DNA of 63,272 nucleotides, the filler included, from Octopus bimaculoides (taxonomy: Eukaryota): assembly GCF_001194135.2 (NCBI RefSeq). It is 7 parts of 6 records of this genome, joined end to end, with 100 filler letters (N's around TTAATTAATTAA, not from the genome) between each part and the next. Parts side by side here need not be neighbours in the genome. Positions count along the whole stretch, not along the records: positions 5,331 to 17,251 come from NC_068988.1; positions 17,352 to 24,504 come from NC_069003.1; 5 more parts are not named here. The stretch is one strand, 5' to 3'. Numbering within the stretch: position 1 is the first letter of the stretch; each line of letters begins with the position of its first letter. Below the pieces are notes generated by a model. It did not search any database. It saw nothing but the letters and a program-made list of their open reading frames with translations, and had not been told where the DNA came from. The position numbers were made by a program, and so were the translations under genes. Positions 12,104-24,604 of the stretch are shown here, piece after piece.

Positions 12104-14799
12104 CGTGTGTGTGTGTGTGTGTGTGCGTGTCTACATATACGTATATATCTGTGTATGTCTTTGTATCTATTTTGTGCTCTACCACCACTTGACAGGTAGT
12201 GTTGGTGTGTTTACATATCCATAACTTACTAATTTTTAATTACATTTCAGACAAATTCAGTGCTGAGGCAGAAATATTATAGCAAATATTCTGCTCAATA
12301 TAACACTTTAGCATGTCCATTAGTAGTTGACAATATGTGCATCTCTGATCATGAGCAGGAGTAGTGGGAGAGCATCATAGCCATGTGCTGAGAGGGATTC
12401 TTTAGAGTTTGAATAAATTGTAACAAAAGCAAAATTTGAAGGCCAATGTTCATACTTTCTCAAGGTAAGCAAATAACAGTTGCTACCCAAGAACATAAAC
12501 TGTGTTAGATAGTGTAATGCCTGTATTTGATTGATGCATATGTATGTACATATACACACATATATGTATGTGCATATAACAATTAAAGAATGACAAAAAA
12601 AATAGGAGTAATGTAATTGCCTTCATTAGCTTACAGGTTTAGCATGTTGCACAAGCAGTCAACTCTGAGTTCTCTGCTTCTTGTAGCAGAAAGAGGTAAA
12701 AAGGAGGATGTACACATTTTGGAAACTGATCACAGGTATGATGGAGCAAAATTCCTCATATATATTTCAATACTGTTACTGTTGTTCATGACTGTTTATA
12801 TACAATTTTATTTACTTTTGTGTTTATTCTCCTGTAAAACACTTATCAATTTTTAAACGATATGGTATATTTTTGCCAATAGCAACCATTATTTGCAATT
12901 GAAAGATAACACAATATACGTTATAGAAAAATATTATGTAGATAAACAAAGAAGTAAAAAGAAAGTTATGAGTTGAAAAGAATTTTTCCCTTTTCCAGAT
13001 ATCAAATTTATTTTGCTGAATAAATAATCATTTTGTGTATTATTCTTATTTATTTATCTAGTCTCTTTTGGTCATTATGGAAATGAAACTCATATTTTTA
13101 TAATGGTTGGACAAAATATTTAAAGTATTTACCCAACAGCAGATTAAAAGTAAGCCATGAGATCTATTAATGCTGTGCTTCATTATTTCGCTGTAACCAT
13201 TCTTTGTTTCAGAAATAAATCTATGTTAATATGTAAAAAGCTCTCCAGGAGAAAACTCTAAGCATCAAAATATGTAAGAACAAGTATATATTAATAAGGA
13301 CCTGAATGCATTCGTGTTTACAGGAATAAGTAATATTCAATTATATCCATATTGTTTCTTTTAAGAATAATTATAACAAAAGGATTTAGCAATATATCAA
13401 CGTTGAGAATTGAGTAAGCAAAGTACATTAGTATACACAGAAAGACTGATGGCTGTTTGATTAAAGACTAGTAAGGTCAGTTTAGTATTTCATCCTTTAG
13501 GGGTTAATAAAATAATGACTGGAATATAATACTGGGGTTAAAGGAGGCAATTATTGCAAATGCTCTGGAATATTTGCTGTGAGCCTCAAGATATAATCAA
13601 TACAGAAGATACATAAAGAGAAATGAAATATTTACTAGTCTGCTGTTATTTTTAAAGGTAAACAGAAACTATAAATGCATAGTGGATAGAAAGAGAATAA
13701 AACACTGGCAATGATAGCTTCTCGATTTACACAGATATTACAGCAATAGCAAAACATTAGCAGTTACAACATCTGGAGTTACTGAAATACCACAGCATTG
13801 GTTAAATTCCTGTGTTTATAGAAATATTACAACAGTAGTTAAACATTAGTTTTCGTAATTCTGGTACTTTGTGATTCTTATACTTACAGGAATGTCAATG
13901 CTGTTGGCAGTGACATCATCATTATTTAATATCTGTCTTCTATACTGGTATAGATTGGGTAGTTCAACAGGATCTGACAAATCAGAGGGCTGCATCATGT
14001 CCTAATATCTACTTTGGCAGGGCTTTTATAGTGAAACAATACTAAGTGTCTTTCCTTAATGATATCATCATTGGTAAAGATTACCTTCTCACTTTTAAGG
14101 CCAAGAGCCTAAAGTGGCCGGTTACTGAGGGGGAAAGTAGAGAGAGGGTGTGATGGTTCTAGATGAGGGGGCTGAGGGACAATAAGTAAGAAGTAGAACA
14201 GATTTATAGTTGTGATTAGATGGTAGTGGAGATAGCATTAGAGTCAAAGAGTAGGTACTAATTGGAAGGAGTGTGGTAGGGAAGAGGGGAAGGGATTAGT
14301 GTCAAGGGTCAATGAGAAAAGAAAAAAGGGACAAAATGGAAAGGTGATGGAGTAAGTTGTATATATAGGGTCTAGGGCTATCCAACATTAAAAGGGCGAG
14401 TATGGATGAAAGATGTGAAGGAAGGAAGGAGCAATAAACTGAGAAAGGAAGAAATCATGTGTCAGTCATTAAAAGAAAGATAGATGTGGGGGTCGTAGGG
14501 GTAGGCCAGAGGTTGAAGACACAAGGTGAGAAAAGGTGTAGAAGTGGAGGGACAGTGGGTAAAGGGCTGTGAGGGGGAAATATGGAAGAGGCTGGGGTGC
14601 ATTGGATGAGTACAGTAGGAGAGAGAGGCTAATGGATATCATAGACATAGAGAGAATAGAAAGAGCAGGGAACATACATATATATGTCACTTAGGCATTG
14701 TGAGACTAATAACTTGGTGTAGAACTCAATATACATATGCTTCAGAACAAAGTGTTAGCAGAGTATAGAGCAGTAATAAGAAAGAGAGATTATAAAGGA

Positions 14800-15992
14800 A
14801 TAAATGATTATCTTATGAACTTCATAAGCTCCTAGAAGTTCCAGGTGTGGTAGCAAGGTCTAGAATCAAAGGGTTCTAGAGTTGACCCAGCAAAAACTGA
14901 AGTCTTAGTAAGTAGGAAAGCAGACAAACCACAAATCCCTTCAGGTAGCTGACCCTGCTTGATCTGTAGAAAAGGTGTAGAAGAACAGTTTGTGCTTCAT
15001 GTAGTGAATAAACAGATGTAAAATGTATAGAAATTTTTCTGTGCATACCCAACAAAGTATAAGTATCTTGAGAGAAAAGCTGAATATAAGAAGCATCAGT
15101 TGTGGTGTGCAAGAGAGATGATTGCGCTGGTATGGACATGTGGTGAGACTGGACAAGGATAGCTGCGTGAAAAAGTGCCACACCCTAACAGTTGAGGGAA
15201 CCCGTGGAAGAGGTAGGCCCAGGAAGACCTGGGCTGAGGTGGTGAGGCAAGACCTTCGAACATTGGGCCTCACCGAGGCNNNNNNNNNNNNNNNNNNNNN
15301 NNNNNNNNNNNNNNNNNNNNNNNNNNNNNNNNNNNNNNNNNNNNNNNNNNNNNNNNNNNNNNNNNNNNNNNNNNNNNNNNNNNNNNNNNNNNNNNNNNNN
15401 NNNNNNNNNNNNNNNNNNNNNNNNNNNNNNNNNNNNNNNNNNNNNNNNNNNNNNNNNNNNNNNNNNNNNNNNNNNNNNNNNNNNNNNNNNNNNNNNNNNN
15501 NNNNNNNNNNNNNNNNNNNNNNNNNNNNNNNNNNNNNNNNNNNNNNNNNNNNNNNNNNNNNNNNNNNNNNNNNNNNNNNNNNNNNNNNNNNNNNNNNNNN
15601 NNNNNNNNNNNNNNNNNNNNNNNNNNNNNNNNNNNNNNNNNNNNNNNNNNNNNNNNNNNNNNNNNNNNNNNNNNNNNNNNNNNNNNNNNNNNNNNNNNNN
15701 NNNNNNNNNNNNNNNNNNNNNNNNNNNNNNNNNCTTGTGCAGGTGGCACATAAAATACACCATTTTGAGCATGGCCGTTGCCAGTACCGCCTGACTGGCC
15801 TTCGTGCCAGTGGCACGTAAAATCATCCACTACACTCTCTGAGTGGTTAGCGTTAGGAAGGGCATCCAGCTGTAGAAACTCTGCCAAATCGGATCGGAGC
15901 CTGGTGTAGCCATCTGGTTTCACTAGTCCTCAGTCAAATCAACCAACCCATGCTAGCATGGAAAGTGGACGTTAAACGAAGATGATGATGAT
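14800..15992 (+). mobile_element. RTE-clade LINE 3' remnant (decayed RT C-terminus plus 3' UTR), gap inside
   Basis: RVDPAKTEVLVSRKADKPQIPSG..PCLICRKG; RWYGHVVRLDKDSCVKKCHTLTVEGTRGRGRPRKTWAEVVRQDL; 3' UTR ending in gttaaacgaa(gat)n. Confidence 0.9.
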
Positions 15993-16192
15993 GTAGGTCA
16001 CCTAAAAGTCAAGTTGTCTAGGAAATCACTATTAATCTCAGTTTGGCTAATAAAATTGACAGCAATTTTATTTTGCCTACTTTACACATAACCTGAATAT
16101 AAAAGATTGCTTGGAGATACATGGTATGCCATATAATTCTGCTGATTAAATGTATCTTAAAGCGTGAAGCTATGAGCAGCTCTTTTGTAACT

Positions 16193-16367
16193 GTAGGAGT
16201 GGCTGTATGGTAAGAAGCTTCCTTCCCTACCACATGATTCCGGGTTCAATCCCACTGCATGGTACCTTGGGCAAGTGTCTTCTTCTATAGCCTCAGGCCA
16301 ACCAAGGTCTTGTGAGTGGAAATGGTAGACAGAAACTGAAAGAAACTCATTGAATATATATACATAT

Positions 16368-16401
<34 letters not shown>

Positions 16402-16620
16402 ATTTGTGAGTCTGTGCTTGTTCCCCAACCATTGCTTGACAACCGATGTTGGTGTGTTTACATCCCTGTAACTTAGTGGTTTGGCAAAATAGACTGACAA
16501 AATAAGTACTAGGCTAACAAAGAATAAGTCCTGGAGTCAATTTGTTTGACTAAAGGTGATGCTCCAACATGACAGCAGTCAAATGACTGAAACAAGTAAA
16601 AGAATAAAAGAATAAAGGAA
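16193..16620 (+). mobile_element. Full-length SINE family A
   Basis: Head, CORE-like box, internal (TA/TG)n and aaagaat-repeat tail are all present. Confidence 0.9.
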
Positions 16621-17366
16621 TATATATATATAAAACACACACACACACTTATATATATATATATAAAACACACACACACACTTGTGTGCACGTAGGTTTA
16701 GCATTAAATTTCTTCAACAGATTAAACCTCTAAATAAACTGACAAAGATATAGTTAATCGTCAAATAGATTGAACAATTGCAGTTACTTGAAAATATAAG
16801 CAATTTCTTTAATATTGATTACATCTTATCAAAATAAAACTTCAATTACCAATGGATATTATTTTGTTTTTCTTTTATACATTTTGTTTATTGATTTATA
16901 TTAAGTAAAAATTAAACTACTTATGTAAATTATCATATTCAATATTCCAAATTCCATGCACACAATCATGTATGTTTATATATATATGTATGTATGTGTA
17001 TGTATATGTTCATGCACGTATGTATGTACATGCACGCACACAAATAGATGAGCAAATAGATGCAAAGCAAGGTGAAAAAAATACTCAAAGAACAAAGGTA
17101 GAATAAGACATTACCTTATTGTAGTTGAAAAGATTTGACAAATTGTTACTCAGTTTCATAAAACCAGTCAACAGGTAGTTAAACAGTTTTGGGAAACAAA
17201 GCCATAGTTTGTGAAGCTGTTTCAGCTTCAATATATATATATATATATATANNNNNNNNNNNNNNNNNNNNNNNNNNNNNNNNNNNNNNNNNNNNTTAAT
17301 TAATTAANNNNNNNNNNNNNNNNNNNNNNNNNNNNNNNNNNNNNNNNNNNNATATATACATGCATA

Positions 17367-18730
17367 CAGGGTGTCCACAAAAACACTCTCTGATTTCAAA
17401 CAGGTGTAACATGTAACTTTATTGTAATAATCTTTCACAGTTAGTAGCTTCAGATGCAGGATTTCGTTTAGTTTCATGTGGTAGAGAGTAGCATTAAAGG
17501 CACCCAATGTGCGCCCCTCTGGTTGCTCGGAAAACATCGAGGCGATAGTCCATTTCGGTTCAGACGCTCAGCAGCGTATCTGGAGTTACCATGTGAACTG
17601 CTTCAGTGATCAAAATTTTCAGCTCCTCTAGGGTTGCAGGTAGTGGTGGTACACAAACTGTGCTCTTCACGTACCCCCAAGGAAAGAAGTCACAAACAGT
17701 TAGACCCGGTGATCTCGCAGGCCACATGCAGAACACCTGATCATCTCATTCAGTAGACCAATCCATCTGTTTGGCAAGTGCTCAGTGAGAAATCTCCTGA
17801 CAGCGAGATGCCAGTGCAGTGGAGCACCATCTTGCTGGAAAAGGTAGTCATCACCCTCAGCAGCTAGTTGTGGAAACATCCATTTGGTCAGCATCTCCAG
17901 GTAACTTTGACCAATAATAGTTACCCCCTCAAAGAAGAAAGGGCCATACACTGTCTTCTCTGACACCGCAAAAAAACACATTAACTTTTGGTGAGTCTCG
18001 CTCAATTTCCTGGGTAGCGTGGGGATATTCAAGCCCCCATATCCGCACGTTATGCCTATTGGCTTTACCGTTCAAGTGAAATATCGCCTCAACACTGAAA
18101 ATGATTTTTGACAGCTGGTTATCATTATCTTCCATTAATTGCTGGATATTCTCACAAATTCAAATTGCATTCCATTATCTTTCGGGTGGAATTTTGGACT
18201 AACTGCAGCTTGTAAGAGTGAAACTTTAGATGTTTGCGTAGGAGCTTGCAAACTGTGCTTTTGGGGAGGTGTAACTCTCGGCCAGCTCTTCGTATTGACT
18301 TTTTGGGTCTGTGCACGAATTTTCTTCTTACTCGATCAATAATTTCCTCCGAGATTGATGGTCTGCCAGAATGTCCCTTTCTCTGATCACAGATACACCA
18401 TTCCTGTCTAAAATCGTTGTACCATTTCGGAATGGACTTGGGTATAGGTAGAATCGTATGATACGTGAGTCTGAAAGCATGTTGCACGGCCAAAATACAG
18501 TTTGATCTTGCAAATGCCAGCACACAGCAGCTACGTTGCTGTGGAGTGGCAGCCATTTTTAGATTTCCTTGCACCCCTGTAGTTTTAAGGTCAAAGATGT
18601 TTAATCACCCGAAAAAAAAATGAAATAACTGTTCTTAGAGAATAGGTTGACAACATGTTTATCGATATATTTGAATTAGTTTAAATATCATAACATCGTG
18701 AAATCAGGTTGTGTTTTTGTGGATACCCTG
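17367..18730 (-). mobile_element. Full-length but frameshifted Tc1/mariner transposon (rosa/DD41D-related type, DUF4817-like N-terminus)
   Basis: 32-bp TIRs 17367-17398 / 18699-18730 (28/32 identical), TA on both sides. Peptides MAATPQQRSCCVLAF..SGRPSIS, IIFSVEAIFHLNGKANRHNVRIWG, FQQDGAPLHW, WPARSPGLTVCDFFPWGYVK. Confidence 0.93.
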
Positions 18731-19678
18731 TATATCTATATATATNNNNNNNNNNNNNNNNNNNNNNNNNNNNNNNNNNNNNNNNNNNNNNNNNNNNNNN
18801 NNNNNNNNNNNNNNNNNNNNNNNNNNNNNNNNNNNNNNNNNNNNNNNNNNNNNNNNNNNNNNNNNNNNNNNNNNNNNNNNNNNNNNNNNNNNNNNNNNNN
18901 NNNNNNNNNNNNNNNNNNNNNNNNNNNNNNNNNNNNNNNNNNNNNNNNNNNNNNNNNNNNNNNNNNNNNNNNNNNNNNNNNNNNNNNNNNNNNNNNNNNN
19001 NNNNNNNNNNNNNNNNNNNNNNNNNNNNNNNNNNNNNNNNNNNNNNNNNNNNNNNNNNNNNNNNNNNNNNNNNNNNNNNNNNNNNNNNNNNNNNNNNNNN
19101 NNNNNNNNNNNNNNNNNNNNNNNNNNNNNNNNNNNNNNNNNNNNNNNNNNNNNNNNNNNNNNNNNNNNNNNNNNNNNNNNNNNNNNNNNNNNNNNNNNNN
19201 NNNNNNNNNNNNNNNNNNNNNNNNNNNNNNNNNNNNNNNNNNNNNNNNNNNNNNNNNNNNNNNNNNNNNNNNNNNNNNNNNNNNNNNNNNNNNNNNNNNN
19301 NNNNNNNNNNNNNNNNNNNNNNNNNNNNNNNNNNNNNNNNNNNNNNNNNNNNNNNNNNNNNNNNNNNNNNNNNNNNNNNNNNNNNNNNNNNNNNNNNNNN
19401 NNNNNNNNNNNNNNNNNNNNNNNNNNNNNNNNNNNNNNNNNNNNGTTAGTGATCCCGACAAGAGAAGGTGTGCGTGCATGTATGTGTATGTGGGAATGGT
19501 GTGTGTGAGTGTGTAAGTGTGTATGTGTGAAAAGGGGCGAGTGACTCTGACGTGTGTGAGTTTGCGTGTATGCGTGTGTAATGTATATATATGTATGCGT
19601 GTGTGCGTGTGTGTGTAACGTGTGTATATGTATGTGTTGTGCGTAGCAGTTGATGTGTGCTTTTTCACGTGGTGTATG

Positions 19679-19727
<49 letters not shown>

Positions 19728-20275
19728 CCAAATAGTGTGCACGTCTTTGGTGTATGTATGTGGGTAAAAGTTATCTTTGTGTATGTATGTTGCGTGTGTA
19801 TGTATATATTGTCTGTGTTCAGGAAAATTCTGAAAATAATATTCATCATATTTGGGAATACATCCGATCTAGAACATCGAGTTTCATCAGTGAAGAAAAA
19901 TACACAAAAGAAAAGAAAAGAAAAGAAAAGAAAAGAAAAGATAAGAAGAAGAGCCTCGAGAAAGAAGAAAGGCTTAATATATTAAGCCTTTGTTTAAATT
20001 TTCTATTATATATATATATATATATAAGTTAGTAAATGGTGGGGTTGTATTAACCATACGTGGAGAAATAATAGGAAAATAAAAAATAATAATAAGGCAG
20101 AAAGCTAAACTGAAAGCATATTTTAATATAGATGTGTATAAATCCTTTTTAATCCTCCTTATGCACATCTATATTAAAATATGCTTTCAGTTTAGCATTC
20201 TGCCTTATTATTATTTTTTATTTTCCTATATATATATATATATGTATGTATATATGTATGTATATCTATCCATCC

Positions 20276-20352
<77 letters not shown>

Positions 20353-20619
20353 CTATCCATCTTCTATCTTCTAGATAGATACGCACACACACACACANNN
20401 NNNNNNNNNNNNNNNNNNNNNNNNNNNNNNNNNNNNNNNNNNNNNNNNNNNNNNNNNNNNNNNNNNNNNNNNNNNNNNNNNNNNNNNNNNNNNNNNNNNN
20501 NNNNNNNNNNNNNNNNNNNNNNNNNNNNNNNNNNNNNNNNNNNNNNNNNNNNNNNNNNNNNNNNNNNNNNNNNNNNNNNNNNNNNNNNNNNNNNNNNNNN
20601 NNNNNNNNNNNNNNACACA

Positions 20620-21010
20620 TACACTAGGTCACCTCATAAATAATGCGGTATTTTGCAATTGTATGAACTAAAAGTCGGCCGGGGGATGGGATAAATTACC
20701 TGCTTCAACTTGCAATAAAAGCAGGTAGTAATTTTACCTTGTGTTTATTCTTAGTGCAGTTTTAAAGAGAGCAGTTCAACCATTCATCAACACCTGCGTG
20801 CCATCGGAAAAGTCAGCAAATTGGGTCAGTGTGTGACATTCCAAAGGCTGGAGTATTTTATATGAGAAACGATACCCCACCCGAACATTGCCGGACATTG
20901 CCCCATCTGATTATCATTTCGCCGGACATTGCTCCATCTGATTATCATTTATTCCGCAGTCTTCAAAATCATTTGGACGGAAAAAATATGAATTCTGTAA
21001 ATTAAAATCT
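20620..21010 (+). mobile_element. Internally deleted mariner derivative
   Basis: TIR-like taggtcacctcataaataatgcgg; HLRAIGKVSKLGQ joined to PDIAPSDYHLFRSLQNHLDGK; 31-bp tandem duplication at 20890-20950. Confidence 0.75.
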
Positions 21011-21122
21011 ATCATAAGTATGTTACTAGAATGGCACTGTTGAATAAAGCACTTAATACTGCTGAGACATTATTCAAAGCGCAGTGTGGGTGTTTGAGGT
21101 GGCTTATAAGGCCCAACTACTA

Positions 21123-22150
21123 TCAGATCATTGACTTTGCTGTGCCCGGTGACTCATTCACAGTAAGCCACTGGAGAATGTGATATTTCCATCTGCGAAA
21201 AGGAATCATGCAGAAAAAAGTTCCACCCTTCCTTCTGTCGACACGATCCGCGTGGATGGTTGTGAAATTCCTCACTTTCGCTTCGGTTTCCAAGTGGGAG
21301 TTGTCAAGGTGCGTCTCAGTAAGAATGAAGAAAGGGATGTGGTGTGGATGGTTACCAACAATCCTCAATGAATTGGATCTTCCATTTTTGTGCACTGATG
21401 AAAGGGCTGACCCCTTGTGCATTGAATAGAAATGTGGAGGCTAGTGTAGCGGCTGGTTTTGACAGTTGCAGGGTTTTTTTTTGTGTAGTTATGTCTTAGT
21501 GACAGCAATGTGATGAGTTGATGGACTGGGGTAAAAGCATAGAATGGTATTGAGTGATGACTAAAAGGTTTCTTTTTTGTATCTCTTTTGTCAGGTTCAA
21601 CACGGCTACAAAAGAATTTTCCTATTTAGGGAGCAGTTTTTGACTGAAGGTGTGGCTGCATTATTGGATAGGGTTGTCGTTTCCAATTTTGTTGTGGTTT
21701 TTGTTGTTTTTGTGTCTTCATGAAAAGACTGAACCAGCATTATTGCGGCAGGGGGTGTTTTTACAGTGGTTTGTGTGTTGGCTTGGAGCCCCGTCTCTGT
21801 TAGTGCGTCGGATCCCTGGAAGATGAGTGAAGGGACAATCATGCAGCAGACATAGTTTCTTGCATTGGAAATACCGGCAGATTTTGGCATTCCGACTTAT
21901 GCGTGTTTTAGCGTTCAATTTACTATTTGATGTTGATGTTGATGTTATTGTGGGATGCGTGCTTTGGCCTTGGCTGGTAGTGTTTGTCTGGATTGTGCGT
22001 CTAGTACCAGGTAGATGTGTGAAGATGCAGTCTCTACGTGTGCAGAGCCTGTGATGTAGTAAATAACAGCATATTTTGGGGTTTCTTGTTTGTGTCGTGG
22101 GGGACGCATTCTGCTTCATAGATGTTTTAGGTTTTTTATACTACAGTAGG
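21123..22150 (-). mobile_element. 5' portion of APE-type non-LTR retrotransposon (ORF1-like region with two CCCH fingers, then endonuclease N-terminus), decayed
   Basis: CCYLLHHRLCTRRDCIFTH and CRYFQCKKLCLLHDCPFTH (C-x8-C-x4-C-x3-H). Downstream FNAQGVSPF and IPFFILTETHLD..NFTTIHADRVDRRKGG match APE motifs LTETWL and R-D-R..GGG. Confidence 0.75.
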
Positions 22151-23299
22151 ATTGGCGGTGGCGATGTGGGGGAAGAAAGCAGTGGATTATTATTAGTAGT
22201 TGAGGTGGTAGAGGACGATGGTGGCAGTAGTGGTGATNNNNNNNNNNNNNNNNNNNNNNNNNNNNNNNNNNNNNNNNNNNNNNNNNNNNNNNNNNNNNNN
22301 NNNNNNNNNNNNNNNNNNNNNNNNNNNNNNNNNNNNNNNNNNNNNNNNNNNNNNNNNNNNNNNNNNNNNNNNNNNNNNNNNNNNNNNNNNNNNNNNNNNN
22401 NNNNNNNNNNNNNNNNNNNNNNNNNNNNNNNNNNNNNNNNNNNNNNNNNNNNNNNNNNNNNNNNNNNNNNNNNNNNNNNNNNNNNNNNNNNNNNNNNNNN
22501 NNNNNNNNNNNNNNNNNNNNNNNNNNNNNNNNNNNNNNNNNNNNNNNNNNNNNNNNNNNNNNNNNNNNNNNNNNNNNNNNNNNNNNNNNNNNNNNNNNNN
22601 NNNNNNNNNNNNNNNNNNNNNNNNNNNNNNNNNNNNNNNNNNNNNNNNNNNNNNNNNNNNNNNNNNNNNNNNNNNNNNNNNNNNNNNNNNNNNNNNNNNN
22701 NNNNNNNNNNNNNNNNNNNNNNNNNNNNNNNNNNNNNNNNNNNNNNNNNNNNNNNNNNNNNNNNNNNNNNNNNNNNNNNNNNNNNNNNNNNNNNNNNNNN
22801 NNNNNNNNNNNNNNNNNNNNNNNNNNNNNNNNNNNNNNNNNNNNNNNNNNNNNNNNNNNNNNNNNNNNNNNNNNNNNNNNNNNNNNNNNNNNNNNNNNNN
22901 NNNNNNNNNNNNNNNNNNNNNNNNNNNNNNNNNNNNNNNNNNNNNNNNNNNNNNNNNNNNNNNNNNNNNNNNNNNNNNNNNNNNNNNNNNNNNNNNNNNN
23001 NNNNNNNNNNNNNNNNNNNNNNNNNNACACACACACACACACACACAATGAAGAAAAAATAGGATAATTTTCCCCTTATGCAGCAGAACTAATTAGCACT
23101 CTAATAGAACATCAGGAATATAAGACCAAGAAAGAGTGGACAAATTTCAGAAGTCAATGTTCTTAATCGCTCAATATATTTCACAGCGTCGGAATACTTC
23201 ACAGCATCGGAATATTTAACAGCATACACAGCTGCACTCATGATATAATATGATATAATATAAAAATATAAAAATTTATAACCACATATAAATCATAAA

Positions 23300-24200
23300 T
23301 GTACTTGCATGAGATCTTATGAGGTTGTGTATCCGTATTAGAAATCAATGAGGGTATTAAAAGATGCGCATGGTGAATGTAAAGCGGTAATCCAAATAAA
23401 TGAAATGGTGGTATTAGACGATTTTAAGAAGAATCTTCAGCAGGTACAAAGTCTGACGGCCATTTCAAGAGTATGTAGGTTGAGATGGGTGAATCATTTC
23501 CAACCATAACAATCATCTACAGTTCTCTCATCAGAGGTAATTTAAGAGGGTTTACAAAAGAGTTCTATTTAATTGAAAACAACACAAGAATTTTTAAAGA
23601 ATTTTAAAAATTCGCATGTTGTATCGAAAGAACATACTGTTCAGACGAATGATGTATAACAAGAGCTGAGTTTACATGTTTAAATAGATTATAGAACTAT
23701 TGATAATAGTGTTTTAAGATGAATCCAAATGCTCAAAGAGTAAATAGGTTAAAATCATACAAAAATTTAAACGTTGATAAATATTTATGTCTACAAAGAA
23801 TTATGACATCTGAAATCTTATTAAGTAAATTTTTTTTTATCAGTACGGAGTATATTGATTGATTCTTTTGTGCATAATTTACAATTTCTATTGTATGTAT
23901 TGCATGGTGTAGTTTCCGTTATAATAGACCAATCCAGACTGAATTCTTTACTAGGAAATTTTATTTATTAATGTGGGTAGCTAGTGCGGTTGAGTTTTTT
24001 GTTTCTTGATTAATAAATGAATTTGTGTGTCCCTGTATTGAGACCAGCTGTATTGTCATCCCTATTGATACCGCTATTCCGAAGTTTTAATCTAATATTG
24101 GCTGCTATAATAGATTGCGACCAAAACACGTCTGTTGGGATAACTTTTATATCACTGAAACAACTGTAAGACTACCTTTCTCTTTATAAATGTCCTAGAC
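23300..24200 (-). mobile_element. Penelope-like element 3' remnant (second PLE lineage)
   Basis: STALATHI..DWSIITETTPCNTYNRNCKLCTKESINILRTDKKKLLNKISDVIILCRHK matches the PLE GIY-YIG C-terminal C-x2-C..LLNK..CRH pattern; HHR relic downstream at 23452-23537. Confidence 0.75.
23452..23537 (-). ncRNA. Hammerhead-like motif with long stem II at PLE 3' end
   Basis: CTGATGA (23534-23528), imperfect stem GAGA..TGTAG / CTACA..TCTT, then GAAA-TGGCCG-TC-AG (one change from the palindrome ACGGCCGT). Confidence 0.5.
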
Positions 24201-24389
24201 ATTTCACACTGCCTCGGCTTTGGTGTCTCATTTTATTTAACATATATAGGCTCACATATGACCCGCATTAGACTCCTCACTCATAGTATTATTGAACCGG
24301 GAGTCTAACAGCGGTCCTTCCGTAGCACTTACATAACCTTACCTGCCTTTTGGGTCTTCTGGATACCAAAATCTCTCCCATATATATAC

Positions 24390-24480
24390 TTGGGTGAGTA
24401 TCTTCTACTATAACCTCGGGCCGACCAAAGCCTTGTGAGTGGATTTGGTAGACGGAAACCGAAAGAAGCCTGTCGTATAT
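24390..24480 (+). mobile_element. SINE family A fragment (5'-truncated, runs into (TA)n and gap)
   Basis: ttgggtgagtatcttctactataacctcgggccgaccaaagccttgtgagtggatttggtagacggaaaccgaaagaagcctgtcg. Confidence 0.85.
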
Positions 24481-24604
24481 ATATATATATATATATATAT
24501 ATATNNNNNNNNNNNNNNNNNNNNNNNNNNNNNNNNNNNNNNNNNNNNTTAATTAATTAANNNNNNNNNNNNNNNNNNNNNNNNNNNNNNNNNNNNNNNN
24601 NNNN

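Noticed and set aside
18698-19849. Long ORFs of 200-385 aa in the ORF track (also 22076-23062, 43184-44093, 50994-53890)
   Set aside because: They consist of X from gaps plus YI/HT/CV dinucleotide translations.
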